A DNA stretch of 64,000 bases, from contig JAUQVK010000101.1 in NCBI GenBank assembly GCA_039794845.1, positions 50,416 to 114,415 on the forward strand, read 5' to 3'. The stretch comes from Thermostichus sp. DRC_bins_24. Its GTDB lineage: Bacteria > Cyanobacteriota > Cyanobacteriia > Thermostichales > Thermostichaceae. The translations under genes were made by a program, and so were the position numbers. Every line of letters begins with the position of its first letter. Within the stretch, counting starts at the first letter, position 1. Under the pieces are notes generated by a model. It did not search any database, was not told the DNA's origin, and worked only from the letters and a program-made list of their open reading frames with translations. Below, in pieces: positions 1 through 10,909 of the stretch.

Positions 1-1279
1 CAGAGAGAAACCTTGGGCTTAAGAAAGGCTGCAAGGCCTTGGGAATGCGAATGGTACCGTCCGGCTGCTGGTGATTTTCCAGCAGGGCAGCCAGAGAGCG
101 CCCCACCGCTAACCCCGAGCCATTGAGGGTATGAACAAACTGCGTTCCTTTCTGGCCGGTTTCTTTACAGCGCAGATTGGCCCGTCGGGCTTGAAAATCC
201 CAGCAATTGGAGCAACTAGAGATCTCGCGGTACTGATTTTGTGAGGGGAACCACACCTCTAGGTCGAAGCAACGGGCCGCTGAAAAGCCCAAGTCGCCGG
301 TACACAACTCCACCACTCGGTAGGGCAACTCCAGCATTTGCAAAATGGCTTCGGCATCTTGCACCAGTTTTTCGTGCTCGGCTTCCGATTGGTCGGGATG
401 GGTCACTTTCACCATCTCCACTTTTTGAAATTGGTGCAACCGGATCAACCCCTTGGTGTCGCGGCCGTAGCTGCCGGCCTCCCGTCGAAAACAGGGGGTA
501 TGGGCACAAAAGTAAAAGGGCAGCTGCTCGGCCGGGATCACCTCATCACGGTACAGGTTGGTGAGGGGTACTTCAGCGGTGGGAACTAACCACAGATCGT
601 CGTCGGCACAGCGAAAGCCATCTTCGGCAAACTTGGGCAGTTGCCCCGTTCCCTGCAGGGCGGCGCTGTTGACCAAAAAGGGTGGGATCACCTCGGTATA
701 GCCAGCCCCAATGTGACGATCCAGCATCATGGCGATCAAAGCGCGCTCTAGGGCTGCCCCTGCCCCAACCATGGCCACAAAGCGACTTTGGGCCACCTTG
801 ACCGCACGGCCAAAATCCAGCAATCCCCATTGTTCGGCAATCTCGTCGTGGGGCAAAACCGGGTGGGCGGGTTTGAGGGCATCTCCCCAGCGGCGCACCT
901 CTGGGTTATCGGTTTCGTCTTTCCCCACCGGCACCATCGGCAGAGGTAAGTTGGGTAAGGTGAGCAGCTGAGCCTCGATGTGGGCGTCAAGATCTCGTTC
1001 TTGTTGCTCCAATTGGGCGATCTCGGCTTTGAGATCCACCCCCCGTTGCCGTAGGGCTGCTACTTCGGATCCCTTGGGATCAGCTCCCCGGCGGACGAGA
1101 TCGCCAACTTTCTTGCCGATGCTGTTGCTTTCCGCCTGCAGGGATCCCCGTCGAGTTTCCAACTGCCGCCGTTCCACATCCAATTTCAGGATCAGATCCA
1201 GATCAACCACGGCCCGCCGATGTTGTAGAGCCTGCCGCACGGTTTCAGGATGATCCCGCAGTAGCTTCAGATCGAGCAC
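1..1279 (-). CDS. serS: Seryl-tRNA synthetase (3' end runs off the window)
   Basis: Manual translation from GTG at 1279 gives [22 protein letters not shown]...; the C-terminus [27 protein letters not shown] is class II motif 3 of SerRS. Absent from the ORF track because its stop is outside the window. Confidence 0.96.
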   Translation of the reverse strand, partial: MLDLKLLRDHPETVRQALQHRRAVVDLDLILKLDVERRQLETRRGSLQAESNSIGKKVGDLVRRGADPKGSEVAALRQRGVDLKAEIAQLEQQERDLDAHIEAQLLTLPNLPLPMVPVGKDETDNPEVRRWGDALKPAHPVLPHDEIAEQWGLLDFGRAVKVAQSRFVAMVGAGAALERALIAMMLDRHIGAGYTEVIPPFLVNSAALQGTGQLPKFAEDGFRCADDDLWLVPTAEVPLTNLYRDEVIPAEQLPFYFCAHTPCFRREAGSYGRDTKGLIRLHQFQKVEMVKVTHPDQSEAEHEKLVQDAEAILQMLELPYRVVELCTGDLGFSAARCFDLEVWFPSQNQYREISSCSNCWDFQARRANLRCKETGQKGTQFVHTLNGSGLAVGRSLAALLENHQQPDGTIRIPKALQPFLSPRFLS

Positions 1280-1298
1280 AGGGATAGCCTACTTCCGC

Positions 1299-2330
<1,032 letters not shown>

Positions 2331-2360
2331 CTAGAATACCAGGATCCGAGGGATCCCTCT

Positions 2361-3575
2361 CTACAAAAATGGGTAAACTACCCGACTCCGACCGCTAAGC
2401 AGTACAGCGCGGGCTTTCAGCAGCCCTCCAGTTATCTCGCAAGACAACCAGGAACCTCCAGGGCGGTTTACAAGCGCCCCGATTGATTGAATGTTCTTTG
2501 CACCGTTAAAATCCGCATCCCCTTGCCAACCGCAATGCCCACAAGCAAACTTCTTCCCCTGCCGATACGATTCACCCTGTTCGGGATGAATGTGCAAGCA
2601 TTGGTGGCAAATCTGGCTGGTATAGGCAGGGTTGACCAAGATCAGCTTCACGCCTTCTCTCAGACACTTATAGGTCAAAAAGAGGCGAAGCTGGTAGAAC
2701 GCCCAACTATTACTGCGCCTACGCTCCGTTTTGTTGCGAGGCTGTTGGTTGGTTCGCTCTCGGATGCCGGTCAAATCCTCCAAGGCGATGCTGGCAGACA
2801 GAGATTTGGCAGTTTCAACGATGCGTCTCGAAACAGTATGACTCACCCAACTTTGGAACCGACGCTCACCACCAGACAACCGTTGCAGCAATCCACGCAC
2901 TCGGCGGCGTGTACTGCGTGTGCCCTTACTGGCTTTGTGCTGGAGCTTGGCTCTCAAGTTGGCCAAGTGGTCTCGAACTTTGGTTATGGCTTGTCCATTC
3001 CAGTGCTGTCCCTCCGAAGTGTGAGCAATATCGGTACGCCCCAAATCTACGCCCAAAACCTGATTCCTCTCTTGCGGCTCTGGCGACTCTGCCTCCAGAC
3101 AAATTTGGAGATAGTAGGAACCCTCTTGCCGCTTCACCAGAGTGGCAGACTTGGGGTGAGAGCCTTTCAGCATTCCCCGTTGGTAGTTGCCGATTGCTAG
3201 TTCAAACCGCTCACGCCCATCAACGGTGGTAATCGAAGCCGTCCAGTCTTTCTCCCGAAACGAGAAAATCCGAGCGTCATAGGTAACAAAGCCCGTCTTG
3301 AACGCTTTGACCGGGCGATGCTTTTGTTTGGCCACTTGGCGAGAACCGGCAACTCGCCTGCACACCTGTTGAGCCAAGTTGCTCGACAGGCCAAAGCGAG
3401 CGCGAATCTCGTAGTAGCAAAGGGATTGCAGCTTAACTGCATTGACTATCTTCTCCGGTGTGTTCTGGTTCACCCAGTTCAACGCCTGCCCAAAAGCATC
3501 CAGAGTCGCATCCAGTTTTGCGGCCTGCGATTCGGATACCTTGAGCTTGCAAGAGATAGTCAGGACTTGGTTCAT
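2361..3575 (-). CDS. tnpB: RNA-guided endonuclease TnpB (IS200/IS605 family)
   Basis: RuvC I VLGVDLG, RuvC II IALEDL, YTSQ-CHQC...CGHC zinc finger, RuvC III DADFNGAKNI. Confidence 0.95.
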   Translation of the reverse strand: MNQVLTISCKLKVSESQAAKLDATLDAFGQALNWVNQNTPEKIVNAVKLQSLCYYEIRARFGLSSNLAQQVCRRVAGSRQVAKQKHRPVKAFKTGFVTYDARIFSFREKDWTASITTVDGRERFELAIGNYQRGMLKGSHPKSATLVKRQEGSYYLQICLEAESPEPQERNQVLGVDLGRTDIAHTSEGQHWNGQAITKVRDHLANLRAKLQHKASKGTRSTRRRVRGLLQRLSGGERRFQSWVSHTVSRRIVETAKSLSASIALEDLTGIRERTNQQPRNKTERRRSNSWAFYQLRLFLTYKCLREGVKLILVNPAYTSQICHQCLHIHPEQGESYRQGKKFACGHCGWQGDADFNGAKNIQSIGALVNRPGGSWLSCEITGGLLKARAVLLSGRSRVVYPFL

Positions 3576-3655
3576 CCCTCCACTTTATTTCATCCCGCTG
3601 CCAGCGGCGCATTCCTCCCGAGACCCACCCTAAAGGGTAGGGTGCGGGGCTCCTG
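2373..3655 (-). mobile_element. tnpB-only (IS1341-like) IS200/IS605 element; boundaries approximate
   Basis: Left-end hairpin ACCCACCC-TAAA-GGGTAGGGT (3623-3643). Right-end structured region, minus strand GGGCTGCTGAAAGCCCGCGCTGTACTGCTTAGCGGTCGGAGTCGGGTAGTTTAC (2426-2373). No tnpA. Confidence 0.8.
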
Positions 3656-3953
3656 CTGCCCTAGCTGAAGAGCGTTGTCGAATCAGCTCAGCCAAAATGG
3701 CCTCCTGGCGTTCTTGCCCTGCCGCTAAACTGCGCAGAATGGCTTCGTGCCGTTCTTGTCCTGCGACCAAGCTTTGTAGCAATTGACCTTGCTGAACCTG
3801 GGTGGTTTTGATTTCCTGGATAGCTGTGGTGACCACACCAGCCCATTCGGCAAAATGAGCCAAGTCGGCACGAGTTTCACTGACCACGCCCCTGAGATCA
3901 TCCAAGCCTCTGGCAAGTAGGGCAAACCGTTCGTTCAGTTCTTCGTTGGTCAT
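3630..3953 (-). CDS. Hypothetical coiled-coil protein
   Basis: 107-aa ORF with repeated SLVAGQERHEAIL/SLAAGQERQEAIL units; its stop codon lies in the IS left-end hairpin. Confidence 0.7.
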   Translation of the reverse strand: MTNEELNERFALLARGLDDLRGVVSETRADLAHFAEWAGVVTTAIQEIKTTQVQQGQLLQSLVAGQERHEAILRSLAAGQERQEAILAELIRQRSSARAAGAPHPTL

Positions 3954-4006
3954 ATTGTTGGTTCAAATCTTATTCCCAGCTTAGACGAACCCCCCTACGG
4001 AAGCGT

Positions 4007-4516
4007 TCAACGCTCATCCACCCCCAATTGCCGCAGCAGTTGTTGCAGAATGGTTTGATCGGCAAAGTTACCACTCTTCGAGAACAGGGCCATTGCCTCA
4101 CGAAAATCGGCCATAGCAGCTTCTCGATTTCCCAGTTGCAGGTGGGCAACCCCACGACTAAAGTAGGCCTCTGGGATCCCTGCATCCAAACGAATCGCTT
4201 CATCGGCGTCGGCCAGGGCTTCTTCAGGTAGGCGCATTTGATTGTAAACATAGCTGCGATTCACATAAGCAGGGGCATAACCGGGATCCAGCTGCAAGGC
4301 CCGATCCAGATCCTCCAAAGCGCCCAGGCTATCTCCGCGCAGCAGTTTAAGGGATCCCTGCCAATTGAGGTGAGCGGCGGTTCCAGAAGAGGATACAGGT
4401 GGGGTGGCTATTAACGAGGTAGGCAAAGGGTTGGCAGGAGGGCTTGCGGGGATCCCCACCCAACCAGCTAAGCTCATCAAGCCCAAAAACCAAACGTTAC
4501 CCAACCTTTTTTTCAT
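4007..4516 (-). CDS. TPR-repeat protein with N-terminal signal/TM segment
   Basis: ALEDLDRALQLDPGYAPAYVNR and ADADEAIRLDAGIPEAYFSRG TPR units; start placed at MKKRLG (4516), just after the upstream stop. Confidence 0.85.
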   Translation of the reverse strand: MKKRLGNVWFLGLMSLAGWVGIPASPPANPLPTSLIATPPVSSSGTAAHLNWQGSLKLLRGDSLGALEDLDRALQLDPGYAPAYVNRSYVYNQMRLPEEALADADEAIRLDAGIPEAYFSRGVAHLQLGNREAAMADFREAMALFSKSGNFADQTILQQLLRQLGVDER

Positions 4517-4518
4517 TC

Positions 4519-4872
4519 TTACCCCTCTTCTTCTAACTCCAAAACCAGACTGGGCATCAGCCGTTGCAAATTCTTGAGGGACTTCCCCTGCCAAGGGATC
4601 CCTTTGGATCCCAAAACCGTAATTTGAGGTTTGCCCTGCTGGCGAATGCGCACAATAAACTTTGAGAGCATGTTGATGCCGGAACTGTTGAGAAACTGAA
4701 GCTGGCGCAGATCCAATTTCATCGTTTCCGGTTGCTGGCCTGCCGCTTCATTCAGCAACTGAGCCACAGGAGCATATTCTTCTGTACCTGCCAAACGCAG
4801 GGATCCCTGACAACGCACCGTACCTGAGGCCGCATCATAGTGGATTTGATAATCTTCTGCCTGAATCTCCAT
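4519..4872 (-). CDS. STAS-like protein (Slr1659/SiaC-like)
   Basis: LDLRQLQFLNSSGI with the conserved phosphorylatable Ser; WQGKSLKNLQRL. Confidence 0.85.
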   Translation of the reverse strand: MEIQAEDYQIHYDAASGTVRCQGSLRLAGTEEYAPVAQLLNEAAGQQPETMKLDLRQLQFLNSSGINMLSKFIVRIRQQGKPQITVLGSKGIPWQGKSLKNLQRLMPSLVLELEEEG

Positions 4873-4924
4873 GGTCTCTTCGGCTCCTTTGATTCATCCT
4901 TGGTAAATTCAAAAAAAGCACTTC

Positions 4925-5485
4925 TTAGAGCGACTCTGAGCGCAGCTGCACCATCGTCGAGACTGCGACACCATTGGGATCGGCGTCTTCAAACTTCCAG
5001 CCCAACTCCGCTTGGTAGTCGTTGATCATACTGAGAAAACCCAATCCCGATTGGTTAGAGTCTTCCTCTTCGGCATTTTGCTCCAGGTGTCGCAGCCAAA
5101 GTTCAGCAGGATCGGATTCCGTTAGCTCTCTCAGAAAGCTTTGAAAGGTTTGCACCTGCTGTTTAGCAATGCTGTTGTTGGTGAGAAAAACCAACCTATC
5201 TCGATATAAATAAAGGGCAATAGTTACCGGAAAATCAGAAGACTGATCGCTATATTTCATGGCATTTTCGATCAGCTCATTGGCAATAAAACTCACTGCA
5301 CTTTTGACGGTAACCACACTCTCACCCGGAAAAAAGGTAGCCATGTAGTCTGCCATAAAATTGGCCGAAAGACCATTGTTGCGCCAGCGTTCTTTAAGGG
5401 GTACTGAAGTGGGGGAAAATCTCAGGATCAGATACTCGTTGCCCTGAGGGAGATCCTCTCGGTAATCGCCAAAGATTTGGTTCAT
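4925..5485 (-). CDS. Slr1658-like / SiaB-like GHKL-type regulator
   Basis: RWRNNGLSANFMADY, NELIENAMKY (N-box) and SGLGFLSMINDY (G-box). Confidence 0.85.
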   Translation of the reverse strand: MNQIFGDYREDLPQGNEYLILRFSPTSVPLKERWRNNGLSANFMADYMATFFPGESVVTVKSAVSFIANELIENAMKYSDQSSDFPVTIALYLYRDRLVFLTNNSIAKQQVQTFQSFLRELTESDPAELWLRHLEQNAEEEDSNQSGLGFLSMINDYQAELGWKFEDADPNGVAVSTMVQLRSESL

Positions 5486-5727
5486 AGGTTCAAGTCCTGC
5501 TGGGGATTGATGGAAAGCTCGACCTGCCGGGGCATTAAAGCCAGAATTACCCCGGCATATTCTCCCTCTTCGTAACGCTATCCGTATAAAGAACTACCAC
5601 ATCCCCGCGACTCAATTCCAGCTTGAGGGCAGACCGTTGCGCCAAAAGCACGCTAGGAGGCGTCAGCGGAGCGGAGTCCTTGAACGCTAAAATAGCTTGG
5701 GCTATCTATTCAGACGGAACCAGTACC

Positions 5728-7023
5728 TTGATCGAGCGTTACACCCTGCCAGAAATGGGCCAAATTTGGGCCAACCCACAGAAATTGCAGACCTGGCTGG
5801 AGGTGGAGCTCGCCGTTTGTGAGGCGCAAGCAGAATTGGGCAGGATCCCTAAGGAGGCCCTAGAGCAGATCAGGAGCAAAGCGGCCTTTGACCCAGAGCG
5901 GGTGCTGGAAATTGAGGCGGAAGTGAAGCACGATGTCATCGCCTTTTTAACCAACGTCAACGAATATGTGGGGGAGGCGGGGCGGTACATCCATGTCGGC
6001 CTCACCAGTTCCGATGTTTTGGATACCGCCTTATCTTTGCAGTTGGTGGCTTCTGTGGCGGTTTTGCAGGCGCGGCTGGCGGATCTGAGTGCCGCCATTC
6101 GCACACAAGCCCAGAAGCACCGGCATACCCTGATGATCGGGCGTACCCACGGGATCCATGCCGAGCCGATTACTTTTGGGTTTAAGTTGGTGGGCTGGCT
6201 GGCGGAGTGCCTGCGACATCAAGAGCGACTGGAGCGGTTGCAAACCTTGGTGGCGGTGGGCAAAATTTCCGGCGCGGTGGGAACCTACGCCAATGTCTCG
6301 CCGCAGGTGGAGCAGCTGGCCTGTGCCCGTTTGGGCCTCAAACCCGATACCGCCTCTACCCAGGTGATCTCGCGGGATCGCCATGCGGAGTACGTGCAAA
6401 CCCTGGCCCTAATTGGATCTTCTCTAGAGCGCTTTGCCACCGAGATTCGCAACCTGCAACGGACGGATGTGCTGGAGGTGGAAGAATACTTCGCCCCCGG
6501 CCAAAAGGGATCTTCCGCTATGCCCCACAAGCGCAACCCGATCAAGTCGGAACAACTGACGGGGATCGCTCGCCTGTTGCGGGGGTATGCCCTCTCGGCT
6601 CTAGAAAACATTCCCCTTTGGCATGAACGGGATATTTCCCACAGCTCCGTGGAACGGGTGATTTTGCCGGATGCTTCTATCCTTTGCCACTATCTGTTGG
6701 TGCAGATGACCGATCTGGTGCAGCACCTGCAGGTACACGCGGGCAACATGGAACGCAACCTCAATATTTATGGCGGCGTGATCTTCAGCCAGCAAGTGTT
6801 GTTGGCCCTGGTGAATAAAGGTCTTAGTCGAGAAGAAGCCTATCGCCTGGTGCAAGAGAATGCCCACCGTGCCTGGAACCAACCCCAGGGGGATTTCCGG
6901 GCCAATTTGCGCTCAGATGCACGGGTGATGGCCCACTTGAGCGAAGCTGAGCTCGCGGCCTGTTTCGAGGCTGATCATCACTTGGTCCATCTGGATGAGA
7001 TTTTTGCCCGTGTGGGCCTTTAA
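5728..7023 (+). CDS. purB: Adenylosuccinate lyase
   Basis: MIERYTLPEM (TTG start at 5728), GRTHGIHAEP, signature GSSAMPHKRNP. Confidence 0.97.
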   Translation: MIERYTLPEMGQIWANPQKLQTWLEVELAVCEAQAELGRIPKEALEQIRSKAAFDPERVLEIEAEVKHDVIAFLTNVNEYVGEAGRYIHVGLTSSDVLDTALSLQLVASVAVLQARLADLSAAIRTQAQKHRHTLMIGRTHGIHAEPITFGFKLVGWLAECLRHQERLERLQTLVAVGKISGAVGTYANVSPQVEQLACARLGLKPDTASTQVISRDRHAEYVQTLALIGSSLERFATEIRNLQRTDVLEVEEYFAPGQKGSSAMPHKRNPIKSEQLTGIARLLRGYALSALENIPLWHERDISHSSVERVILPDASILCHYLLVQMTDLVQHLQVHAGNMERNLNIYGGVIFSQQVLLALVNKGLSREEAYRLVQENAHRAWNQPQGDFRANLRSDARVMAHLSEAELAACFEADHHLVHLDEIFARVGL

Positions 7024-7035
7024 GGGATCCACGGC

Positions 7036-8016
7036 ATGGTTTGGCAACGGCAACACGTTTTGGGCCTGGCGGACTTCACCCCGGAAGAGTACCAGATTGT
7101 TTTGCAGACCACTGCCAGTTTTCGGGAAGTCTTAACCCGCCGCCTACCGAAGGTGCCCACGCTACAGGGCAAGGTGGTGGCCACCCTGTTTTTTGAGGCC
7201 TCCACCCGCACCCGCAATAGCTTTGAGTTGGCGGCCAAACGGCTATCGGCGGATGTGCTGAACTTTGCCCCCGGCACTTCCTCTTTGAGCAAAGGAGAAA
7301 CCATTCTGGATACCGCCCGCACCTTCCTAGCGATGGGATCCGATCTGCTGATCATCCGTCATGCCCAGGCGGGAGTACCCCATCAGTTGGCCGCCGAAAT
7401 TGCCCGCCGCGGATCCCCTACGGGGGTATTGAATGCCGGAGATGGCCTGCACGAACACCCCACCCAAGGGCTGTTGGATCTGTTTACCCTTTGCGCCCAA
7501 CTGGAGCCCGAACGCCCCCGCCCAGAAGCCCTCCGGGGGGTGAAGATCGCCATCGTCGGCGATATTTTGCACTCGCGGGTGGCCCGTTCCGACATTCATG
7601 CCCTGGTGGCTGCCGGCGCGGAAGTGCACTTGGCTGGCCCCCCCACCCTGCTGCCGAAAGACTTCGCCCAGTTGATCCCCGGCCATACCCTGCCCCTTCA
7701 TTGGCACCTGGAGCCGGCCCTAGAGGGATCCCGTTTTGTCATCACCCTGCGCCTACAACAGGAACGCATGAGCGAGTTTTTGCTGCCCAGCCTGCGGGAA
7801 TACCACCACTTTTTTGGCATCACCCGGCAGCGCCTGCAGCTGTGTCACCCGGAGGTGAAGCTCTTGCACCCCGGCCCCGTCAATCGCGGGGTGGAGCTCA
7901 GTTCTGAGGTGATGGAAGACCCCCAACTCAACCTGATCGAGCAGCAGGTTACCCACGGGGTGGCGGTGCGTATGGCCTTGCTTTACCTGATGGGGGGCGG
8001 CCGGATCCCTGCCTGA
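7036..8016 (+). CDS. pyrB: Aspartate carbamoyltransferase catalytic subunit
   Basis: [43 protein letters not shown]. Confidence 0.98.
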   Translation: MVWQRQHVLGLADFTPEEYQIVLQTTASFREVLTRRLPKVPTLQGKVVATLFFEASTRTRNSFELAAKRLSADVLNFAPGTSSLSKGETILDTARTFLAMGSDLLIIRHAQAGVPHQLAAEIARRGSPTGVLNAGDGLHEHPTQGLLDLFTLCAQLEPERPRPEALRGVKIAIVGDILHSRVARSDIHALVAAGAEVHLAGPPTLLPKDFAQLIPGHTLPLHWHLEPALEGSRFVITLRLQQERMSEFLLPSLREYHHFFGITRQRLQLCHPEVKLLHPGPVNRGVELSSEVMEDPQLNLIEQQVTHGVAVRMALLYLMGGGRIPA

Positions 8017-8448
8017 GAAGGATTTGCCCGGAATGACCGCCCTTAGGGAACCGTTGAGGTTGCCTTTCGTCTAGAAAAGAGGAGGATGTAGCCAACCCCC
8101 TCCGTTGAAACCCTGAAGGATACTTTGCTGGAGATCCTACTGGAACATTGCAAGCAGCCCTTAGCTTGTTGAGATGAAGAGCCATCTCTTCACCTCGAAT
8201 TATTCTTTGACGAAATTGCTTACAAGAGAGTTTTGGGATTTGCTGATACCTCACCTGCGGCGAAAGGTCTCCTGATCCCCACTATCCAGTAATTTCCCTC
8301 AAATCCTTACCCCATCAAGCTTTTCGGATCCCAATCCTCTAGGGATCCCTTTTTTGTCGCAATCTTAAATAAATTTAAATTGATGGGTGAGAGGTAGGTT
8401 TTTATCCCAAATCAACACATTCAAAAAAATCGGATCTTTTTCTCTTGA

Positions 8449-8489
8449 TTTAACCTGAATTTAACCTCAATATATTCTTCGCTTAACCT
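8449..8489 (+). promoter_or_regulatory. Pho box (SphR-binding repeats) upstream of pstS
   Basis: TTTAACCT (8449), TTTAACCT (8460), degenerate TATATTCT (8471) and CTTAACCT (8482) at an exact 11-bp period; matches cyanobacterial PyTTAAPyPy(T/A). Confidence 0.85.
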
Positions 8490-8534
8490 TTAGGCTTTAG
8501 GGTTACAGGTGTTGATCTGCAACAGATATCACCT

Positions 8535-9614
8535 ATGCGATCTCTGCTTTCCGCCTCTATTCTTTCCCTAGCTGCCCTGGCAGTGGGATCCCTGGGGATG
8601 GCCCCTGCTCGTGCCCAAACCATCCAAATCTCCGGTGCGGGTGCGACCTTCGCCGCTCCGCTGCTACAGCGTTGGTTCGATGCCTACAACCGTACCGTTA
8701 ACCCCAATGTGCAGGTTAGTTACCAGTCGGTGGGTAGTGGTGCTGGTTTGGAACAGTACATCAACGGCACTGTGGACTTCGGCGCTTCCGAAGGCCCGAT
8801 GAACGAAACCAACAACCGTTCCCGCTACGAAAACTTCCAAGCTAAGTTTGGCTACAAGCCACTGCAGTTGCCCCTAGCCGGTGGTGCCATCGAGTTTGCC
8901 TACAACCTGCCCGGTATTGGCGATCAAGAGTTGATCCTGAAGCGGGAAACCTATTGCGGCATCGTCACCGGCGAAATTACCCGCTGGGATGACATCCGCA
9001 TCAAGGCCCAGAACCCCACCTTGGTGGATCGCCTGCCTGCTCTGGATATCACCTGGGTACACCGTTCCGACGGTTCGGGTACCACCTACGTGTTTACCAA
9101 CCACATCAACGCCGTTTGCCCCAACTGGACTGCTGGCTTTGGTACCTCTGTGGAGTGGCCCGTCGGAATTGGCGGACAGGGTAACGAAGGAGTAGCAGCG
9201 ACCATCCTGCAAGAAGAAGGCGCGATTGGCTATGTGAACCAGTCCTACGCCAAGCTGGAAAACATGGATACCGCCCGCATCGAAAACAAGGCTGGCAATG
9301 TAGTTGCTTTCACCCCTGAAGGTGCCTCTGCCGCTTTGGATGCTCCTGTGCCGGAAGACTTTGCTCTGTTGGTACCCGACCCCGAAGGCCCAGACCACTA
9401 CCCCATCGTTGGTTTGTTCTGGGTCATGCTTTACCGTGAATACCCGGATGCCGCCAAGCTAGAGGCTCTCGTGGATGCCATGAAGTGGACGCAAGGCCCA
9501 GATGGTCAAGCCATTACCCGCGAGCTGGACTACATCCCCATGCCGGATTCTGTGATTCAGCGGATTTTTGCGGAGCTGGATGCCATCACCGTCAACCCCA
9601 ACGCGGTGCGATGA
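8535..9614 (+). CDS. pstS: Phosphate ABC transporter substrate-binding protein
   Basis: GAGATF, YQSVGSGAG, VHRSDGSGTT. Confidence 0.97.
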   Translation: MRSLLSASILSLAALAVGSLGMAPARAQTIQISGAGATFAAPLLQRWFDAYNRTVNPNVQVSYQSVGSGAGLEQYINGTVDFGASEGPMNETNNRSRYENFQAKFGYKPLQLPLAGGAIEFAYNLPGIGDQELILKRETYCGIVTGEITRWDDIRIKAQNPTLVDRLPALDITWVHRSDGSGTTYVFTNHINAVCPNWTAGFGTSVEWPVGIGGQGNEGVAATILQEEGAIGYVNQSYAKLENMDTARIENKAGNVVAFTPEGASAALDAPVPEDFALLVPDPEGPDHYPIVGLFWVMLYREYPDAAKLEALVDAMKWTQGPDGQAITRELDYIPMPDSVIQRIFAELDAITVNPNAVR

Positions 9615-9645
9615 ATTGGTTTCAGTTTGAAATTCGCTAGCTTGT

Positions 9646-9694
9646 AGCCAGTGGTCGGTGGAGGGGTTTGTCGCCCTTCTACCGGCTACTGGTT
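9646..9694 (+). terminator. 21-bp stem-loop after pstS (partial terminator or mRNA stabiliser)
   Basis: AGCCAGTGGTCGGTGGAGGGG-tttgtcg-CCCTTCTACCGGCTACTGGTT pairs fully, with 5 G-U wobbles, on the + strand. Confidence 0.7.
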
Positions 9695-9890
9695 TATCAC
9701 TTGCACAGCGACAATCCACAGAGCTCGTTGCAAGGTTGGTGTCTCAAAAAGGTTTTCGGCTACGGATCCGTTTGGGTTGATATTCGCGGTTCAATTTTGA
9801 ATGTTGACCAGAACACAGACACCCCCAACCGAAATGAGGTATTTAGGTTGAGAGTGATGTTAAAGAAAGAATTGCCACAGGGGAGGCCCT

Positions 9891-10868
9891 ATGACTTCGG
9901 CGGATAGAACTTTAGATTCCTCGCAGGATATCAGCATAGAAAGAAAAATGGACACTTCCCGCGCCTTGGATGTGGGGTTTGTCCGTCTAACGCTGGCTCT
10001 GGCTAGCTTTGCGGGCATCATCCTCATTTGGGTGATTTTGCAAACTGCCGAAGCCGCTCTGCCCGCCATTCAACAATTTGGCTTGGGCTTTTTGGTTACC
10101 ACCCGCTGGAACCCCGTCGAAGAAATTTTTGGGGTGCTGCCGCAGATCTACGGTACCCTGATGACCTCCTTGGTGGCCTTGATCTTCGCCATTCCCTTGG
10201 GCATTGGTACGGCGATTTTCTTAACCGAAGATTTTGTGCCTAAGTGGATCACCACCCCGATTTCCTTTGCCATTGAGCTGATTGTGGCCATTCCCAGTGT
10301 GGTGTTGGGGCTGTGGGGCATCTTTGTGTTGATTCCGGCGGTGCGCCCCATCTTCCGAGCCATCAATGAGAGCATGAAGTGGTTCCCCCTTTTTGGTGGC
10401 CCTGCCCCGCGCGGACCCAGTTTGCTGATTGTGGGCTTGGTGCTTTCTATCATGATCTCCCCAATCATCATCTCCATTACCCGCAGCACCTTTGAGTCAT
10501 TGCCCCGCAACCTGCGCGATGGTGCCCTGGCTTTGGGGGCAACCCGTTGGGAAACCATCATGACCGTGATGATCCCTGCGGGTTTGTCGGGCATTGTTAG
10601 CTCCATCATGTTGGCCATGGGCCGTGCCCTGGGAGAAACGATGGTGGCGGCGATGATCTCCGGCAATGCCAACCGTATTAATGTCTCCCTGATGCAGCCC
10701 GGATCTACCATCACTGGCCTGATTGCCTCGCAGTTTGGGGAAGCAGGTCGGTTGCAGGTGTCAGCCCTGATGTACGCCGGGGTGGTCTTGATGGTGCTGT
10801 CTTTGTTGGTGAATATCCTGGCGGAGATCATCATCCGTAAATTCCAAAACCTTCAGCAGGCCAATTAG
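9891..10868 (+). CDS. pstC: Phosphate ABC transporter permease PstC
   Basis: IPSVVLGLWG, ALALGATRWET, GRALGETM; position in the operon. Confidence 0.95.
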   Translation: MTSADRTLDSSQDISIERKMDTSRALDVGFVRLTLALASFAGIILIWVILQTAEAALPAIQQFGLGFLVTTRWNPVEEIFGVLPQIYGTLMTSLVALIFAIPLGIGTAIFLTEDFVPKWITTPISFAIELIVAIPSVVLGLWGIFVLIPAVRPIFRAINESMKWFPLFGGPAPRGPSLLIVGLVLSIMISPIIISITRSTFESLPRNLRDGALALGATRWETIMTVMIPAGLSGIVSSIMLAMGRALGETMVAAMISGNANRINVSLMQPGSTITGLIASQFGEAGRLQVSALMYAGVVLMVLSLLVNILAEIIIRKFQNLQQAN

Positions 10869-10909
10869 GAAACAATTGGAGAAGTTACCGATTTAGGAGT
10901 CTTTTTGTC

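Noticed and set aside
2350..2372. TnpB guide retargeted to a host gene or to the GGGATCCC palindrome
   Set aside because: I saw no second match to the guide seed in the window, the palindrome falls distal to the seed, and the nuclease is intact; ordinary flank-derived guide is the simpler reading.
7949..8254. ORF starting MRYQQIPKLSCKQFR, faintly like IS5/ISL2-group transposase N-termini
   Set aside because: The resemblance covers about 15 residues, no paired inverted ends were found, and the ORF overlaps pyrB.
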